From Octopus vulgaris (lineage: Eukaryota): a DNA stretch of 64,000 bases. The notes below the pieces were generated by a model, which saw only the letters and a list, made by a program, of their open reading frames with translations, was not told where the DNA came from and made no database searches. Below are positions 12,068 through 27,097 of the stretch, piece after piece (the first letter of the stretch is position 1; each line of letters begins with the position of its first letter). The position numbers and the translations under genes were made by a program. Where the stretch lies: contig OX597828.1 in assembly GCA_951406725.2 (NCBI GenBank), positions 10,974,001 to 11,038,000 of the forward strand. Direction: 5' to 3'.

Positions 12068-12290
12068 TTGGCCTCATATTTTGGCACAAGGCCAATAACT
12101 TCAGCAAATGGGATAATTCAGTAACAAAGACCCCAATGTTCTTATTTCATGATCTACTTATTTCATCAACCCCGAAATAATTAAAGTCAAAGTCGCCTTC
12201 GTCGGAATTTGAACTCAGGACATAAAGACTGACATAATGCCGTTAAGCATTTTGCCCGGTGTGCTAATGATTCTACCAGCTTTGACTGCT
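12068..12290 (-). mobile_element. SINE of the GCCTTTCATCC...GGTCGATAAA family (degenerate)
   Basis: TTTTGGCACAAGGCCA...CCCCGAAA...AAAGTCG...GGAATTTGAACTCAG matches the other copies. Confidence 0.8.
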
Positions 12291-14599
12291 TAATATTGAA
12301 AAGAGTTCTTAGTAATATTCTTTTAAATGTGTGGTTGTGTAATAAGAAGTTAGTTTTCTCAAGATTCAGTCCTCTTGCTTGGTAATTTCAGAAGCATCCC
12401 CGGACGGCTTAGCATTTTGCTTGGCGCGCTAATGCTCGCTACTCTTATCTCTCCAGATATTGGTGGGTAGATCTCACCATGAATTGACCTCTTCATGTAT
12501 CCAAGAATATTGAAAGGCTTCGTGCGTTATCACAGACTCAATGTAGTGCAGGATATAGGATAAGAATCAGCAAAGTCTAATTTGTTTGTTCGCTATTCAA
12601 AATCCTGGGCCACTAGTGTCCCCTAATATAAGGACAATTATATTAAAGATCCTTCGATGGACATGGACGCATCAACTTCTTTCACTTTAAAGCAATAAAA
12701 CGAATTAAATATGAGCAACATTTGTACTACTCATAACAGTCCAACAGTGAAACGGTACAAAATATTGATGAACCCTTGCACCAAATTTATTAGTCCAACC
12801 ACCCATTCTTTTTCTCTGCTCACAATTCCTGGGAGGTCGTCGGGTAGATTCCTCAGCATCTCCACCTGCCTTATCAGACCTTATCAGAAGCAGCCTCCAT
12901 TATACTTACCGATTGGGAAGTGGTGAACGTTATTTATTTCATGAGTTGGTGGGTGATGCAAATAGTTGAATTCATACATTTGCCCAAACTATCACTGGTC
13001 GAAAAATGAAATAATCATCTGTTAAACTGCGATAAGTATTGTAGAATGTAGGCAACAGAGAATTTGAACCATCAATACTTGTATCTGAATCGCGATACGA
13101 TGAACGTATCCGCGTGTATATCTATAAGTGTGTGGAAACACTATACAGTGTAGTGTTAAAGTTACGTCACATTTAAAATTTTTAATAACTTATTTTAATT
13201 ATAAGGAAAAGAACATTTCTCTTTAGATGCGTTTGTCAATTTTGGTCCTTGAAGTTTAGATTTTAATTAATGGTGGGTTATAACATTCCGCATCTGTCTT
13301 TGAATTTTAGCTTCGTTGGTCTTTAGGCAATAATTCTACGACAGCTCGCAATTTATCTGACTCCGGTTTTCTTATTTCTTGTAGAATATTATTCGTCTGT
13401 TTTCTGTTCCAGGATTGTTTGGACTTGTTCTTCATCATCGCCTGAAACGAACTAAGTTGGAAACAAACGGTTGCATTTGAAAGCGTCGAATGAAATGAAA
13501 AGTGGCTTCCACGTCACCAAATACATACATAAATACATACATATGTGTGTGTGTGTCTGTCTGTCTGTGTGCGTGTGTGTGTGTCTGTGTGGCTGTGTAC
13601 ACATGTACACAGATATATACATATACATACATACATGCATATATGCATACATATACTCATACATACAGACAGACATATGTGCAAGAAAAATTCATATAAT
13701 TTATTTGTTAATGTCGATTGCTTTTGGTATTTTCTATTTTTATTTATTTTCCTTTTTATTTATTTCGTTTCCTTCCTTCGACCTTCGTTTATTTGCTAAA
13801 CGCTTTCTCTCTTTTCAAAGACATCGCTCTCAAGCACACTCACTCACGCAAACATTCACACACATACTCACTTTCTCTTTCATTCTTTCTCTTTATCTGT
13901 CTGTCTATCTAGTTAACTATTTATCCATCAATCTATCCACCTCTCTCTCTCTCTCTCTTCGAAAATCACAGACATTCACTCACATTTACAGACATATACA
14001 GGCGTACGCACACATGCATTTAGTGAAAAAGGTTTTTCATTAATGTATACGCCTCTCAAATTCAGAAACATCAAGCTCTTTTGATTCCGTGAGACGATTG
14101 CTAATCTGAAACGACCGGGATCAATAACATTCACCTCGTTAATAGATTCAATTAGCCCGTTCTTAAGTAAACTTATCAGAAGAATTTCTCTGAAGAGTAG
14201 TTACATGAATTCAGGCTGACGCTATACAATTTGATCGGAGCTTTCTGAAATATAAAATATAGGATTTCTTTCATTGATCGAGCCTGTTCTTCTTCCAAGA
14301 ACATTCTAGCCTTTATTTTTGTGAGTTTACATTTAGTCAAAAGTCTAATGATTTTGGTTTGTGAAATAGATCTAATATTTCATTGGTGGTGGCCGTTCTC
14401 GTGGTGAGATAAAAGCAAGATCATTCTTTCTCGACGAACGAATATAATACTAAACTGTGATCTGTGAGCGTATGATGTTGAAGAGGATTAAGACTGGTCA
14501 AACTGTAGTCGTGTTTATCGACAGATAATCGATAGATCGTTGTTGACTTTAGAGCAGATAAAGACGCAATTACCATCGCTAATCAAGAAAATTTAGATC

Positions 14600-14910
<311 letters not shown>

Positions 14911-15165
14911 TCCGTATATATTATGTGTCAGTGTCTGCGCGCGTTTGTATAAGTACACAACTAAGTTGACGGAAAGTTAGATATAGAATAGAGAGAAAGA
15001 GATAGACAGAGATAGACAGAGATAGACAGAGAGATAGCCGTTAGATGGATGGAAATATAAACATAGCCGGTAGCTAATATTATTCGTATAAATCGAATAT
15101 ATATTTTTACACAGGCACACTCATGTTGTGGACTTCAGTATGACTATTTGAATGTGTGTTTGCAT

Positions 15166-15249
<84 letters not shown>

Positions 15250-17063
15250 TTATCTATCAATCAATCTATCCATCTGTCTATCTATCTATTTCTCTTTCCC
15301 TCTGCGTAAGTGAAAGTAGATGTATGTGGTCATGTGATGAATAGAATGTCATTTGTTAGAAGACGTTTGATCGCATATATCAGAAAATGGGTGATTATAC
15401 GCATTGAGTTTCAAACCTTTATCGATGTATGTGAACCTACTATGCTCAAGAGTTTGGATCTTCCGTCGATTACTACGATGAGCATTCAAACGTCTGATTA
15501 ACCATATTAGCTATTCATTAAAGTTATAAATGATTGACTGACTAATTCAGAGGAACAATTTCCCTTAATATCATTCTCAAATTTGCATTAACGCAATGTT
15601 ACTCAGTAATACCTTTCAATTACAAACAGTATCCATTCGCCAAGCTTCCACGCAGTTTCTGTCTTTCCTCGGCTACGCACAAGGCTTATATCAGCCAGAG
15701 TCTATGCTAAAGTACTCTTGTTCAGCATGTCATAACACTGGGTTGAACAAGAGACCTCCAGGATTAAGAACCAGGTATGCCTGCCTTTGATTCAGTCATA
15801 AGCTCGTCTCCAAATCAGATTTCATATTCCTCACGTTTAGATTTCTTGTTCAAAATCTAATGCACCCACTAAGTTCTCTAGTTACAAAGGCCATTCAAAG
15901 ACACTCCCCAGTCTTTGACCCATGGCTGTGCTATTTATTCTCTCTATTTTCTTCCACTGTTTTAATGGTCTCTGCTACTTGGTGCTGATGGGAATACCTC
16001 AGTGCCTCTAAACAGCCATTCCCATCCAACTCGTCTGTCCTCTTCTCATCACGTTTGTGTGGTGCTTCCGATGACAAAACTAGTCCCTAAGGTCCCATGA
16101 TAATCATTAAAGTTGACCTCCAAAAATTCCCTCCCTGCTCATATCTTTCCTGCGAACGTTATTTACGAATGCTCAAGGGTAAAATTAATTGAATTAGTTT
16201 CACCTGTCTAAAACTATATAAAAAGTCATAAGTACTGAGCGCTGACCGGTCTTCCAGTCTCAAGAAGTAAAACCATAGCGAAAATCTTAACCTAAGAAAG
16301 TGGCATGCGTAGTGGAGGCGATATTAAATTAAAATAGTCATCTATGCGTCATACTTAATACAGCAGTGAATGTTTTAACACTGCTTCATATATCGGAGCC
16401 GATGAGTTCCCGTCCAAGCCTGCGACCGGCTGTGAGCACATGTCATTCTGAGGCACTAAAATGCAGAAATGCATCTGTTTTTTTTCGCTCACCTCTGCCA
16501 GAAAAATAGTTTTCTTTCCTCCAGCATTTGTTGTGATTTGAGTGGAGAAGCATGTCTTGTGGAATTGTCTTCCGATGCATGACCAACAAACTGTTAATCA
16601 TGTCAGAATAAATTCCATTTTTTCTGTCTTAGTATTTACATTTGTTTGACGTTTCGCACAGATCTTTATGAGTGACGTTAAAATTGAAGTAACAAACCTT
16701 CAGTCTGTTAGATGTCAAAGTCAGCAAGCAATATTCTTCGGTTGAATTTAAGTAGTGTTTATCTCAGAAAGAAATAACGTCACTAGTCAAAAGCTCTCGA
16801 TTCGCTTGTTGCCACACGTCTCGTTACCGATATTGTATCTCACCGTCATTGTCTTAACAACGATCCTGCTATTCGTTGAACATCAACACACTGGAGTTCA
16901 TACCTCTGCTCAGGCTTTATATGCAGTCATTTAATAGAGACATTAACTGCACACCATTTCGAAGAGAGCGTGAAGGACAATTAATATAGCTCCTTCCTAT
17001 AAAATAAATCAGGAACAAAATAAAACATATAAATCTACTTGTAATACTAACCATTTAACAAAT

Positions 17064-17280
17064 GCGGTGATCTGGCATAATCGTTAGCACGCCATGTGAA
17101 ATGCTTAACAGCCTTTCGTCCGTACGTATGCTGGTTCTGAGATCAAATTCCGCCAAGGTCGATTTTTGCCTTTCATCCTTTTGGGGTAAATAAGCACCAG
17201 TTGAGTCCTGAGGTCGATGACATCGACTCACCCCTCCTCCCAAATTGCTGGCTTTCTGCTGAAATATGAAACCAATATTA
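17064..17280 (+). mobile_element. tRNA-derived SINE with Meta/MESC-like central domain
   Basis: Head GCGGTGATCTGGCATAATCGTTAGCAC, B-box-like GAGATCAAATTCC, core TTTGCCTTTCATCCTTTTGGGGT; domain name from memory. Confidence 0.8.
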
Positions 17281-18589
17281 ATTTTTTAACAAAACCCAAG
17301 GAGGAATCGAAGTGAAATACGTAATCACTATGAAAATAAAAGATAATATGAGATTTTGCACTAGTGATGAGGGCCTCGATATATTGTTTTGCCACACAGA
17401 AATAGCATTCAATATTCCTCAAATTATACACTTGCCGGCTCAGAAATGTCCTAACGTGATCCTGAATTCCCTGCTGACAAGAAAAAGGAAGGGATGACAA
17501 AGTCGGCAAGCCTTTGATCTTAAGTTTGTTCAGTCACATTTGATTTTGGACACAACGACGACAACGGTATGGACTTTTGATTAGGTAAAAAGGAAAAAAA
17601 AATATTGTATCTGTAACACTGTTTGTCGTAAGAGAAAAGAAACACACAGCAACTTATTGAAATAATGTAACTAAATCAAAAATTGTTCCCACTTTATATA
17701 GTTATGTCTTAGAAAAATCTATAATAAAAATATTCACTTCTTTGAAATTTACCATTTACGACATGAAAACTTCCCCAATTTTTATCATTTTAAAGAATTT
17801 CTGTTTATTTTAACATTTATTTTTCCACTAAGCATTGGAACTCCTGTTCTCTACAGAAATTACAATACCGATAACGATGGCATGATTGTTGATAGAAATT
17901 GTCCTCATTATTATTACTGTTGTTGTTGCTATTGTTGTTGGAATTGTTGCGGTTGTTGCTGTTCATGCAATCGCCGTTATTTTTGTGGATGCCGTTGTTC
18001 TTGCTCAACCAATTTCCTTTGATCTCTGCTGCCCTAAGAACATTTGCCGTCTAATATATCTATCTACATCTACCACCACCCCATTTCAATGTGATGTGTC
18101 TGAAGGAAAGTCTTTTGTTTTACTAAAATGATCGCATATTAGTTTGTTAACCATTCACATTCAATTCTGAAATTCTTCGTATTTATAGTCGACTATTATT
18201 TTCAGAATTGCAAGAGAGACGTACACATACTGATAGTAAAGTGAAAAGGATTGCAATTCTTTTCGTTTGAAATTGAAAGAAAAAAAATAACGAAAATAGA
18301 GAACGCGGAGACAAGAAAAAAAGAGACAGGTAGCTATATATGTATATATATATATATATATAGAAAGAGAGAGACAGAGAGAGAGAGAGAGAGAAAGTGG
18401 GGAGAGGGAGTAGGCAGGCAGACAGAAAGGCAGATGGAGGAGGGGAAGACAATGATTCAGAAAGAAGGTAACAGAGAAAAAGAAGGTAACGGAAATAGGA
18501 AGACAAAACTTTATAATGCAATTGAAATTTCATTTTGGTTTCTTCAACAATCCTTTCCATTTTCTTTTTTTTTTTTACTTTATTATAAT

Positions 18590-18614
18590 ACTTCTTCTTC
18601 TTCTTTTTCTTCTT

Positions 18615-18686
<72 letters not shown>

Positions 18687-18687
18687 G
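18590..18687. repeat. (CTT)n(ATT)n microsatellite
   Basis: Direct inspection; source of the poly-S/poly-Y/poly-L ORFs. Confidence 0.95.
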
Positions 18688-19204
18688 CTATTCTTTTAGT
18701 CTTTCATGTGTACGTCGAAGAAGCAAGTTGTGATTAAATTAGATGAACCTCAAAATAAATGTCTTTTTGTAGGATTGCTTCCGTCTTTCTTCTTCTTGTC
18801 GCCCCGCATCGTTTCCACCACCAACCACATCATTACCCCCACTACACACACACACACACATACATACACACGCATACATATATACATACATATATATTTA
18901 TACATTTACATATATATATATATATATTCTTCTCCCTCTTTTATGCTTCAGTTTAGAATATACCTACTCGTCTTATATTTTTCTACCCAGTTTTCGGTAT
19001 TCACTCATGTATATAGACTTCTGTCATTATTCCGATGCGCAATGTAATATGCATACCTATATACATGCAAATATATTTGCGTGCATAATTGTACGCGTGT
19101 AACGCAATTGTCTGTGTGCGGATCTGTTGTATGCACCTACAGAGGTTTCTTTGCACATGCGTTTGTCTTGATTTGCATTGAACATACATATGTATTTATT
19201 AATA

Positions 19205-19475
19205 TGTGTATGTATGCACGCACACACACACACACACAGACAGACACACGCGCACCCACACGCGCACATACACGCACACACATGCGCACACACGCACGCA
19301 CGTACTCACACATTTATATGTATATGTATACACACACACACATATATATATACATACATATACATATATATGTATACATACACTTATATATATATATATA
19401 TATATACGCACACACACACACACATATATATATACATATATATATATGCATATATATATATATAAATATATATAA

Positions 19476-19512
<37 letters not shown>

Positions 19513-19620
19513 CACATATATCCCGGAAACAGTTAAATACAATATAAGTGTATAAATATGTCTGTATATATAGATACATATATATATATATGTATATATA
19601 CACATATTTGCATATGTATG
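19205..19620. repeat. (CA)n/(TA)n compound microsatellite
   Basis: Direct inspection. Confidence 0.9.
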
Positions 19621-20339
19621 CTTATACGTATATGTACATATCTATACACATACACATGTATCGGTGCTTTTGTGTCTATGTTTGTGTGTGTGTATGTGCG
19701 TGAGTATGTCTTTAATACTGTTTACGTAATATCTTAGAGATAGCGTGTGACACATATATCCTGAAAGAAGGTCATACACAACGTTTGAAAATGTGATTTT
19801 TTTTCCAGCTTGAATTTGTATAACTGAACATTTCTATTGGTATATGTATGTATGTATGTACGTACGTATGTATGTATGTATGTATGTATGTATGTATGTA
19901 TGTATGTATGTATGCATCTATGTATCTATGTATATGGCATGTGTATATATTTGATTTTATGGTCGAGAGTCTATATATTTTGCATGTGCGGTATGCAAAT
20001 TTATATACGCTTCCATTTCAAAGGCAAATATCTACCCTTGAAGTAATTACTTTCTCTTCTTCCCAGTCTTCATTGTATACGCATGTACGCTTCTTTGCAA
20101 AAATGTATATATATGTATATATATACATATACACATACACACACGAACTACATAGATACGTACGCACAAATGCACACAGGCACACATACATTACGACTGT
20201 CTCTTGCGCTATCGAGGATCAGTAGTACTTATATATCTACGCGTGTTTACGTAGATGCATACACGCACATTTATTGGTATGTGAGCCAGTTGTTGTGTGT
20301 ATGTATATGCATGCATATACAAGTACACAGGCAAACAGT

Positions 20340-20390
20340 TAGACAGACAGACAGACATACAAACAAACAGACAGACAGACAGACAGACTA

Positions 20391-20453
<63 letters not shown>

Positions 20454-20775
20454 TAGATAGATAGATAGATAGATATGTAGATAGGTAGATATATATATAT
20501 ATATATATATAGACAGAGAGAGAGAGATACATATATAGATAGGTAGATAGATAGATAGATAGATACATACATACATACATACATAGATAAATAGATAGGT
20601 AGATAGATAGATAAATAGATAGATAGATAGATAGATAGATAGGTAGATAGATAGATAGATAGAAACATACATACATACATACGTACATACATACATACAT
20701 ACATACATACATACATACATACATACATACATACATACATACATACATACATACATACATACATACATACATACG
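20340..20775. repeat. (CAGA)n,(GATA)n,(TA)n,(CATA)n compound microsatellite
   Basis: Direct inspection. Confidence 0.95.
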
Positions 20776-21084
20776 TAAGACTGATGCAGTTCGCAGTTCA
20801 GTTTTTGAGCAGGCTTGAAGGAACCCACAATACAGAACAAAGTGCACATGTAGTGCGTATATTATTTTCATGTAGGCATCATGATCTTATGACCTTCCAG
20901 GAACATGTCGTTTCAATACATATTGTATCTTATCATAAGACATAAATGAATCTGTTTCTGATATGTGATATGACTACCGTATATGTATCTAAACAGTCAC
21001 TATCACGAGATGCTGTATCTCAAATAATACACACGCATAAACACACCGCAAACAGTATACCTACACACGTTACAATACATACAT

Positions 21085-21090
21085 ACTTAC

Positions 21091-21130
<40 letters not shown>

Positions 21131-21147
21131 GATTATATATGTATATA

Positions 21148-21196
<49 letters not shown>

Positions 21197-21215
21197 ATAT
21201 ATATATATAATTATA

Positions 21216-21285
<70 letters not shown>

Positions 21286-21290
21286 TTATA
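21085..21290. repeat. (TA)n microsatellite
   Basis: Direct inspection. Confidence 0.95.
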
Positions 21291-23227
21291 CATGAATGGA
21301 TGTCATGTTTGTTAGTGTTTTTTTATATGTGAATCTCAGTGGAAAGTTAGATGATAAAAAGTGGAACTGTTGTAGCTACGTAAAATATCACTGAAGCTAC
21401 CTAATACATATAACTATTGAACTCTGAAATAACTACGCGAAATGAAATGAATATTTCAAAATTTCTTTTCTTTTACCATTGAACTAATGTAGTTTTATTG
21501 GCATTATGTAGATATTTGTATCATTTGATTTTATTATTGGTCCTGTTTCTGTTCTTGTTCTGTAGTCCATGTCAGCTGTGATAGAGCAAGCCTATTATAG
21601 AAGGTTTTCCATCCATTACGTTCCAGTAATTTTGTATATCCCAAGTGCCAAACAATCTTTAAGATGGTACGGAGGCGTTTTAAAGGTTGAAGTATCTTTT
21701 TTTATTCGCTAGTTATTTATTTTGGGAGATTTTTAGCAGTTCGAACAACAGTAAATAATAGGTTTCCAATCTCAGCCTTAATCAAGAAGATTTTTAATTC
21801 ACTTTCTTATGCAATTTCTTATCATATTCTATTGATATATAAGTGTAGTGTTACGATTTGCTATTTCTTGCACTAAAAATTCTTTCCTAACCTAGGTGAG
21901 CTAGTTGGGTATCTGGCAATATATAATTTAATGTCAACAAAATTCGTAATATGGACTGCATCAGTCCATACTGTAGAAAAATGTACATGCATAGACATGT
22001 GGCTAAATACACCCAGATTCGATCCTAGTAAATGGTACATTGAATAAGGTTTTTGTATTCTGATCACAGGTTGCCCAATAAGTGTTTTGTATTCTGATCA
22101 CTTGTTGCCCATTGTATTGTGGAGAGAAAATGGTGGGCAGATAGCATTTGGAGGACCGTTATGTATCTATATGTCAGTGTGTGTGAGAGAGAGAGAGATA
22201 GAGAGAGAGTTCATGCATGAATACGTATATAAGAGTATGTGTGTGCTCTGTGCATGTATGTCTTTACGTCTCTCTCTGTAAAGATGTTTGTTAGCCTATC
22301 AAAAAGTAACAATCAAAGAAAAATATAACACTAGCCCGAATAAAGAACTGGATATGGAAGATATGACTAGATAATCGTCTAAACACTTAGAAATATCTTA
22401 TCATGACTACAATCCAGTGAAAGGAACCGGGCGAGATTGTGTGTGGATTTGGTACATACCTTTTTCTCCACCTCCCTCCTTCACCATTTTCTATCTGTCT
22501 CTCTCCCCTCTCTTTCTCTTTTCTCTCTCTCTCTCTCTCTCTCTCGTTGCTCACACGTGACCATCGTCCATCTTTCATTTCCTCACGTGACCATCTTTCT
22601 TTTCCTACATAGACGTTTAAAAGAATGGAGGTGTTTCGCTCTCTCTCTCACACACACACGTAACTATCGTCCTTCTTTCATTTCCTCACGTGACCATATT
22701 TCTTTACTTTTGTGTCTGTTAGTCTGCCACTACTGCTTCACAACCGTTATTGCTGTGTTTACGCCCCCGTAAAATTGGGATCGTCAAAAGAGACCGATAG
22801 AACATGTTAATTATAAGGTTCATTCGTTTGATTAAAATTCTTCAGCGGGTTGCCCCAACATGGCCGCAGTCAAATGACTGAAACAAGTAATCTATAACTG
22901 TCTTTTATGCCATCGACTATGCACATTTCCTTATATCGGCCATCTTATTTTTTTAACACAGTTCAGGAACATGCTAAATAAAATATATTATATAATCGAT
23001 TTTGTGAAGCGTTTGTCATTGTTTTTTAGCCACCTGTTAAATGAGAATGTTCTGACTACCAACTCAAACCTCAGTAAGTAATTAGTAGAAACAGAAATTA
23101 TCAGAGAAATTAATTAGAGACATATGTAATTAAGCCTAATTGTTCCATGGAACAGTTAGTAGTAATAGAGAAATTGAGAGCAAAAAAAACATAATAAAAC
23201 ATATATAGAAATTGATGAGATTACTAT

Positions 23228-23265
23228 GCTGCCGCTGCTGCTGCTACTACAACTACTACTAGTGC

Positions 23266-23315
<50 letters not shown>

Positions 23316-23335
23316 GCAACAACAACAATAGTAAT
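23228..23335. repeat. (GCT)n(ACT)n(AAT)n(AAC)n trinucleotide tract
   Basis: Direct inspection. Confidence 0.9.
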
Positions 23336-24380
23336 AAAATTAATATTAACATAATTATCAATGGATGGCTCTAGAGTTGTGTTCTGATATTATTTATTCA
23401 TATATATATAATATCATATGTGCGTGTATGTGTGTGTTATTGTGTGTGTATGTGTGTGTGTGTGTAAAAACTCATTATATATGTATCTATACGTAGCTAG
23501 TTATCTGTTAATGCAGACACACAGGTTGCTAGAGGTAATGGAGTACACGTTTGATAATTGAATAAAATAGCTTTAATCTACAAAAAACCAAACGTATTTT
23601 AATAAAAAAAAATCGTGCACATCTTTTAGATAAGCGTTCCGATAGACTTATTTTACGAATCCACTTTTAGCTTCTTGTCTGCTTCAGTGCGGGACCCGTA
23701 ATCGTTAATATGTCTGCATTAAATTTTCCATATTCATTTCGGATCTCATCTGGGCAGTGGTGGCCTTCGATTAGTCTGTGTTATTGAGCGGATGTCTATT
23801 AGTCTCCCTTGCAACAGCTCTCCAAACTTAGCACTCTATATGTTTAAAATCACATGAGTTTGACGTTACAAAATCGTACAGGTTGCTTGCCATCCCCTGG
23901 GTTACGTAGGCTTTTGACTAGCTTCTGAATTTTGTTTAAGCACATATGATCGTACATTTCCTTATCAAGCTAGAACTGCATAACTGCTTCCAGTAACTCA
24001 ATGTTATCCAGAAGCATCAGTGCTATTGTATCTGTGGAAGGCGAGATGTCGGTTAGCCGAATAATAACTCATCCAATCAAATGCCTTGCATCTTTGAGCT
24101 AAGGTCTTTTCTTATCTGACATTTTAATGGACCTCAAATATATCTCTAATCTAAATTTTGGTTTCAAATGTTGGTACACTGCCAGCAATTTTGGAGCAGG
24201 GATCAAGACGATCACTTTGACCTTAGTGGTCACTTGGTAGTTATTTTATTGACCCTGTAATGATGAAAAGGAAAGTCGATCCCGGTGATATTTTAACTTA
24301 GAATGTAAAATTGTTAGAAATGCCGGTAATTATTTTGAATCAACGTTGAATCAACGCCCTTTCTTCGAATGGGAGTCAAA

Positions 24381-24588
24381 TACTCTTTTACTCTTTTACT
24401 TGTTTCAGTCATTTGACTGTGGCAATGCTGGAGCACCGCCTTTAGTCGAGCAAATCGACCCCTGGACTTATTCTTTGGAAGCCTAGTACTTATTCTATCG
24501 GTCTCTTTTGCCGAACCGCTAAGTGACGGGGATTTAAACACCAGCATCGGTTGTCAAGCGATGTTGGGGGGAAAACACAGACGCACAA

Positions 24589-24636
<48 letters not shown>

Positions 24637-24814
24637 ACACATATATATATACGACGGGATTCTTGCATTTCCGTCTACCAAATCCACTCTCAAGGATTTG
24701 GTCGGCCAGAGGCTATAGTAGAAGACACTTGCCCTAGGTGCCACGCAGTGGGACAGAACACGGAACTATGTGGCTGCTCAGCAAGCTAAATACCACACAG
24801 CCACTCCTACGCCT
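24381..24814 (-). mobile_element. Full-length long tRNA-derived SINE with internal microsatellite and LINE-like tail
   Basis: Minus strand: head GGCGTAGGAGTGGCTGTGTGG, CORE-like GGCACCTAGGGCAAGTGTCTTCTACTATAGCC, internal (TA)(TG)n, tail GGCGGTGCTCCAGCATTGCCACAGTCAAATGACTGAAACAAGTAAAAGAG. Confidence 0.9.
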
Positions 24815-25594
24815 ATGAAAATAATGTTAAGTTCCAGTAGTTACGGAAAGTTTTGAAATGTGGTCAGCAATGAAAAATCAAGAAATACTTCACCTCAAGA
24901 AGTTTAGTGGAGATATTTGGCTATTTTGGAGAAAAAAATAGCTACTATGGAAATTTGAAAATAGTTTCTCAATTTTAGATTGTATCATTTCCAAATTTGT
25001 TTTTAATAGCTATTATAGTTTCGGAAAACATAGATTTGAAATGTCTATACAGGATATTGAAAATGGCTTGCACAATAAAGATATATATTTATATTTTGTG
25101 CTCTATGCACCTATGTATTAAGATATACGTTGTTTGTACAATATACTCACACACACGCACACACACACACACACACGAACCTATATTTCTATACAAATAC
25201 TTACATATATGTATGTATGAACATTTGTATGAATTTCTTTGGTGACAATTTCAATATTTATAAGAATGTATAAATGAATATTCTTCCTCCTCGCCTTTTT
25301 CTCTCGCACACGCGTACTTTCTCTTCGTTTCTCGCCTTTCTTCTCTCTCTTCATACGCTTCACTCTCCGTTTCTATCACTTGCATGTGCGTAAGTGATTG
25401 TGTATTTCAGTATAAATGTATGAGCATGATCGGACGTGTACGCCACATTAGTTTCTGTTTAAGTATGTATATGTTTGTGCATCCAAAGTTATGTATAACA
25501 TGAATACATCAATGGTTATTTATATGCCTATGTATAGCTCTGTTTATCTCATGAACATAACATTATACATACCCATATATGCATATGAATATAT

Positions 25595-25647
<53 letters not shown>

Positions 25648-25856
25648 CGTATGTATGTATGTATAAACACACACACGTATTTATGTATGTGTGTAAGTTT
25701 GCATGTAAGTATGCATGTATGTATATATATGTGTGTCTGTATGTAAGTAGGTTTCCATAGAAAAGCTGATGATATTTGGTTTTATCGAAACCAGAAATGC
25801 GGAATGACAGTAAAAAATGATAAATGGCATCTAATTAAATACACACACACAAGCTC

Positions 25857-25923
<67 letters not shown>

Positions 25924-27043
25924 AGAACTAAGCTAGTTGAGTAAAAGATAAATAATAAATATTGAGTGAAATATTGGCAAAAGACAACATCAAAATTCAA
26001 GGGCCACTGTGGATATTTTTGAATGAATCGATTTTAGTATTTGAGTGAAACGATATTTTAAAAGCCACAAGGATAGAAGACAATATTAGGCCTTGGTGCT
26101 ATTGGAACTAGGAGCGCATAGCATCCTAACGAAAATGCCACAAAGCATTTTGTCCAATATTGTAACGATTCAGTCAAATTCCCGCCCATGAATGTAATAG
26201 ATGCATATTGATTTGCCTTTTAATTACGCACAGCGCCATTTGTATTCAAAGAACATTAGTAGGATAATTGGAAACTAAATGATTCCACTAGTAATTAGAA
26301 CCAAGCCTATTATATAACATTTATGTATACTGGCTGATATAGCAGCAAAGTTTTCCCCTTCTTTATTTCCAAGTTTACACAGCACATTTGCTGTCATTGA
26401 ACGGTCCCAATAGTATATTTGTTTTTCTATGAAAATAGATTGCTTGCCATTCGCTCAGCACTTCTCCAATTCTAGAGAAATGATTGCTGTGATTGGTCAG
26501 TGTTGGAGCAACGGAGGCTGTTCATAGAGTGAGAAAGAAATGAAGGAGAGAGAAAGAGACAGTAAATTGTGAGTAAGCAACAACAGTTTCTGTTATCGAC
26601 TTCAACTTTGTATGCCGACCTCGGAAGATTGAAATGTAAAGATTACCTCAATGAAATCTTAATATCAGGCAACGCATACAACCTAATAAATACCACAAGT
26701 CTGTTTATTCAACAGTCTAAGAATGATCCCGATTCGCCTCAGTATCTCCTTGAAATGCTTTCTAAACCAGAACACATTGGATAATATAGTCATAGATACA
26801 CATATATGTGGAAGTTGGATCTGCTGCCACAGGACCCGTATTTCACTCTTCTTTTTACCCTACGAAACAATGAATGAGGCTTCATGTGGCCTCTGCCTAC
26901 TGTAAACATAGGTACATTTCCTTCAATTTACACGGATATTTTTTGAAAAGGGGTACATATTAAAGAATATAAGTGCCCAAGTTCGAAAAAGATTGAGATA
27001 AGTTTGTCATGTGGCTGCAAAACCTTTGCATGTAACTCTGAGC

Positions 27044-27097
27044 ATCATTAATACAAAAGTAATCATTAATACAAAAGTAATAATTAATACAAAAGTA
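27044..27097. repeat. 18-bp tandem repeat x3 (ATCATTAATACAAAAGTA)
   Basis: Direct inspection. Confidence 0.9.

Noticed and set aside
17817-18030. Asn-rich minus-strand ORF
   Set aside because: Derived from a degenerate (AAC/AAT)n tract, with no convincing splice sites or domain.
23860-24070. Coding-looking minus frame (…MLLDNIELLEAVMQF*LDKEMYDHMCLNKIQKLVKSL…)
   Set aside because: Contains stops and I cannot assign a family; needs BLASTx.
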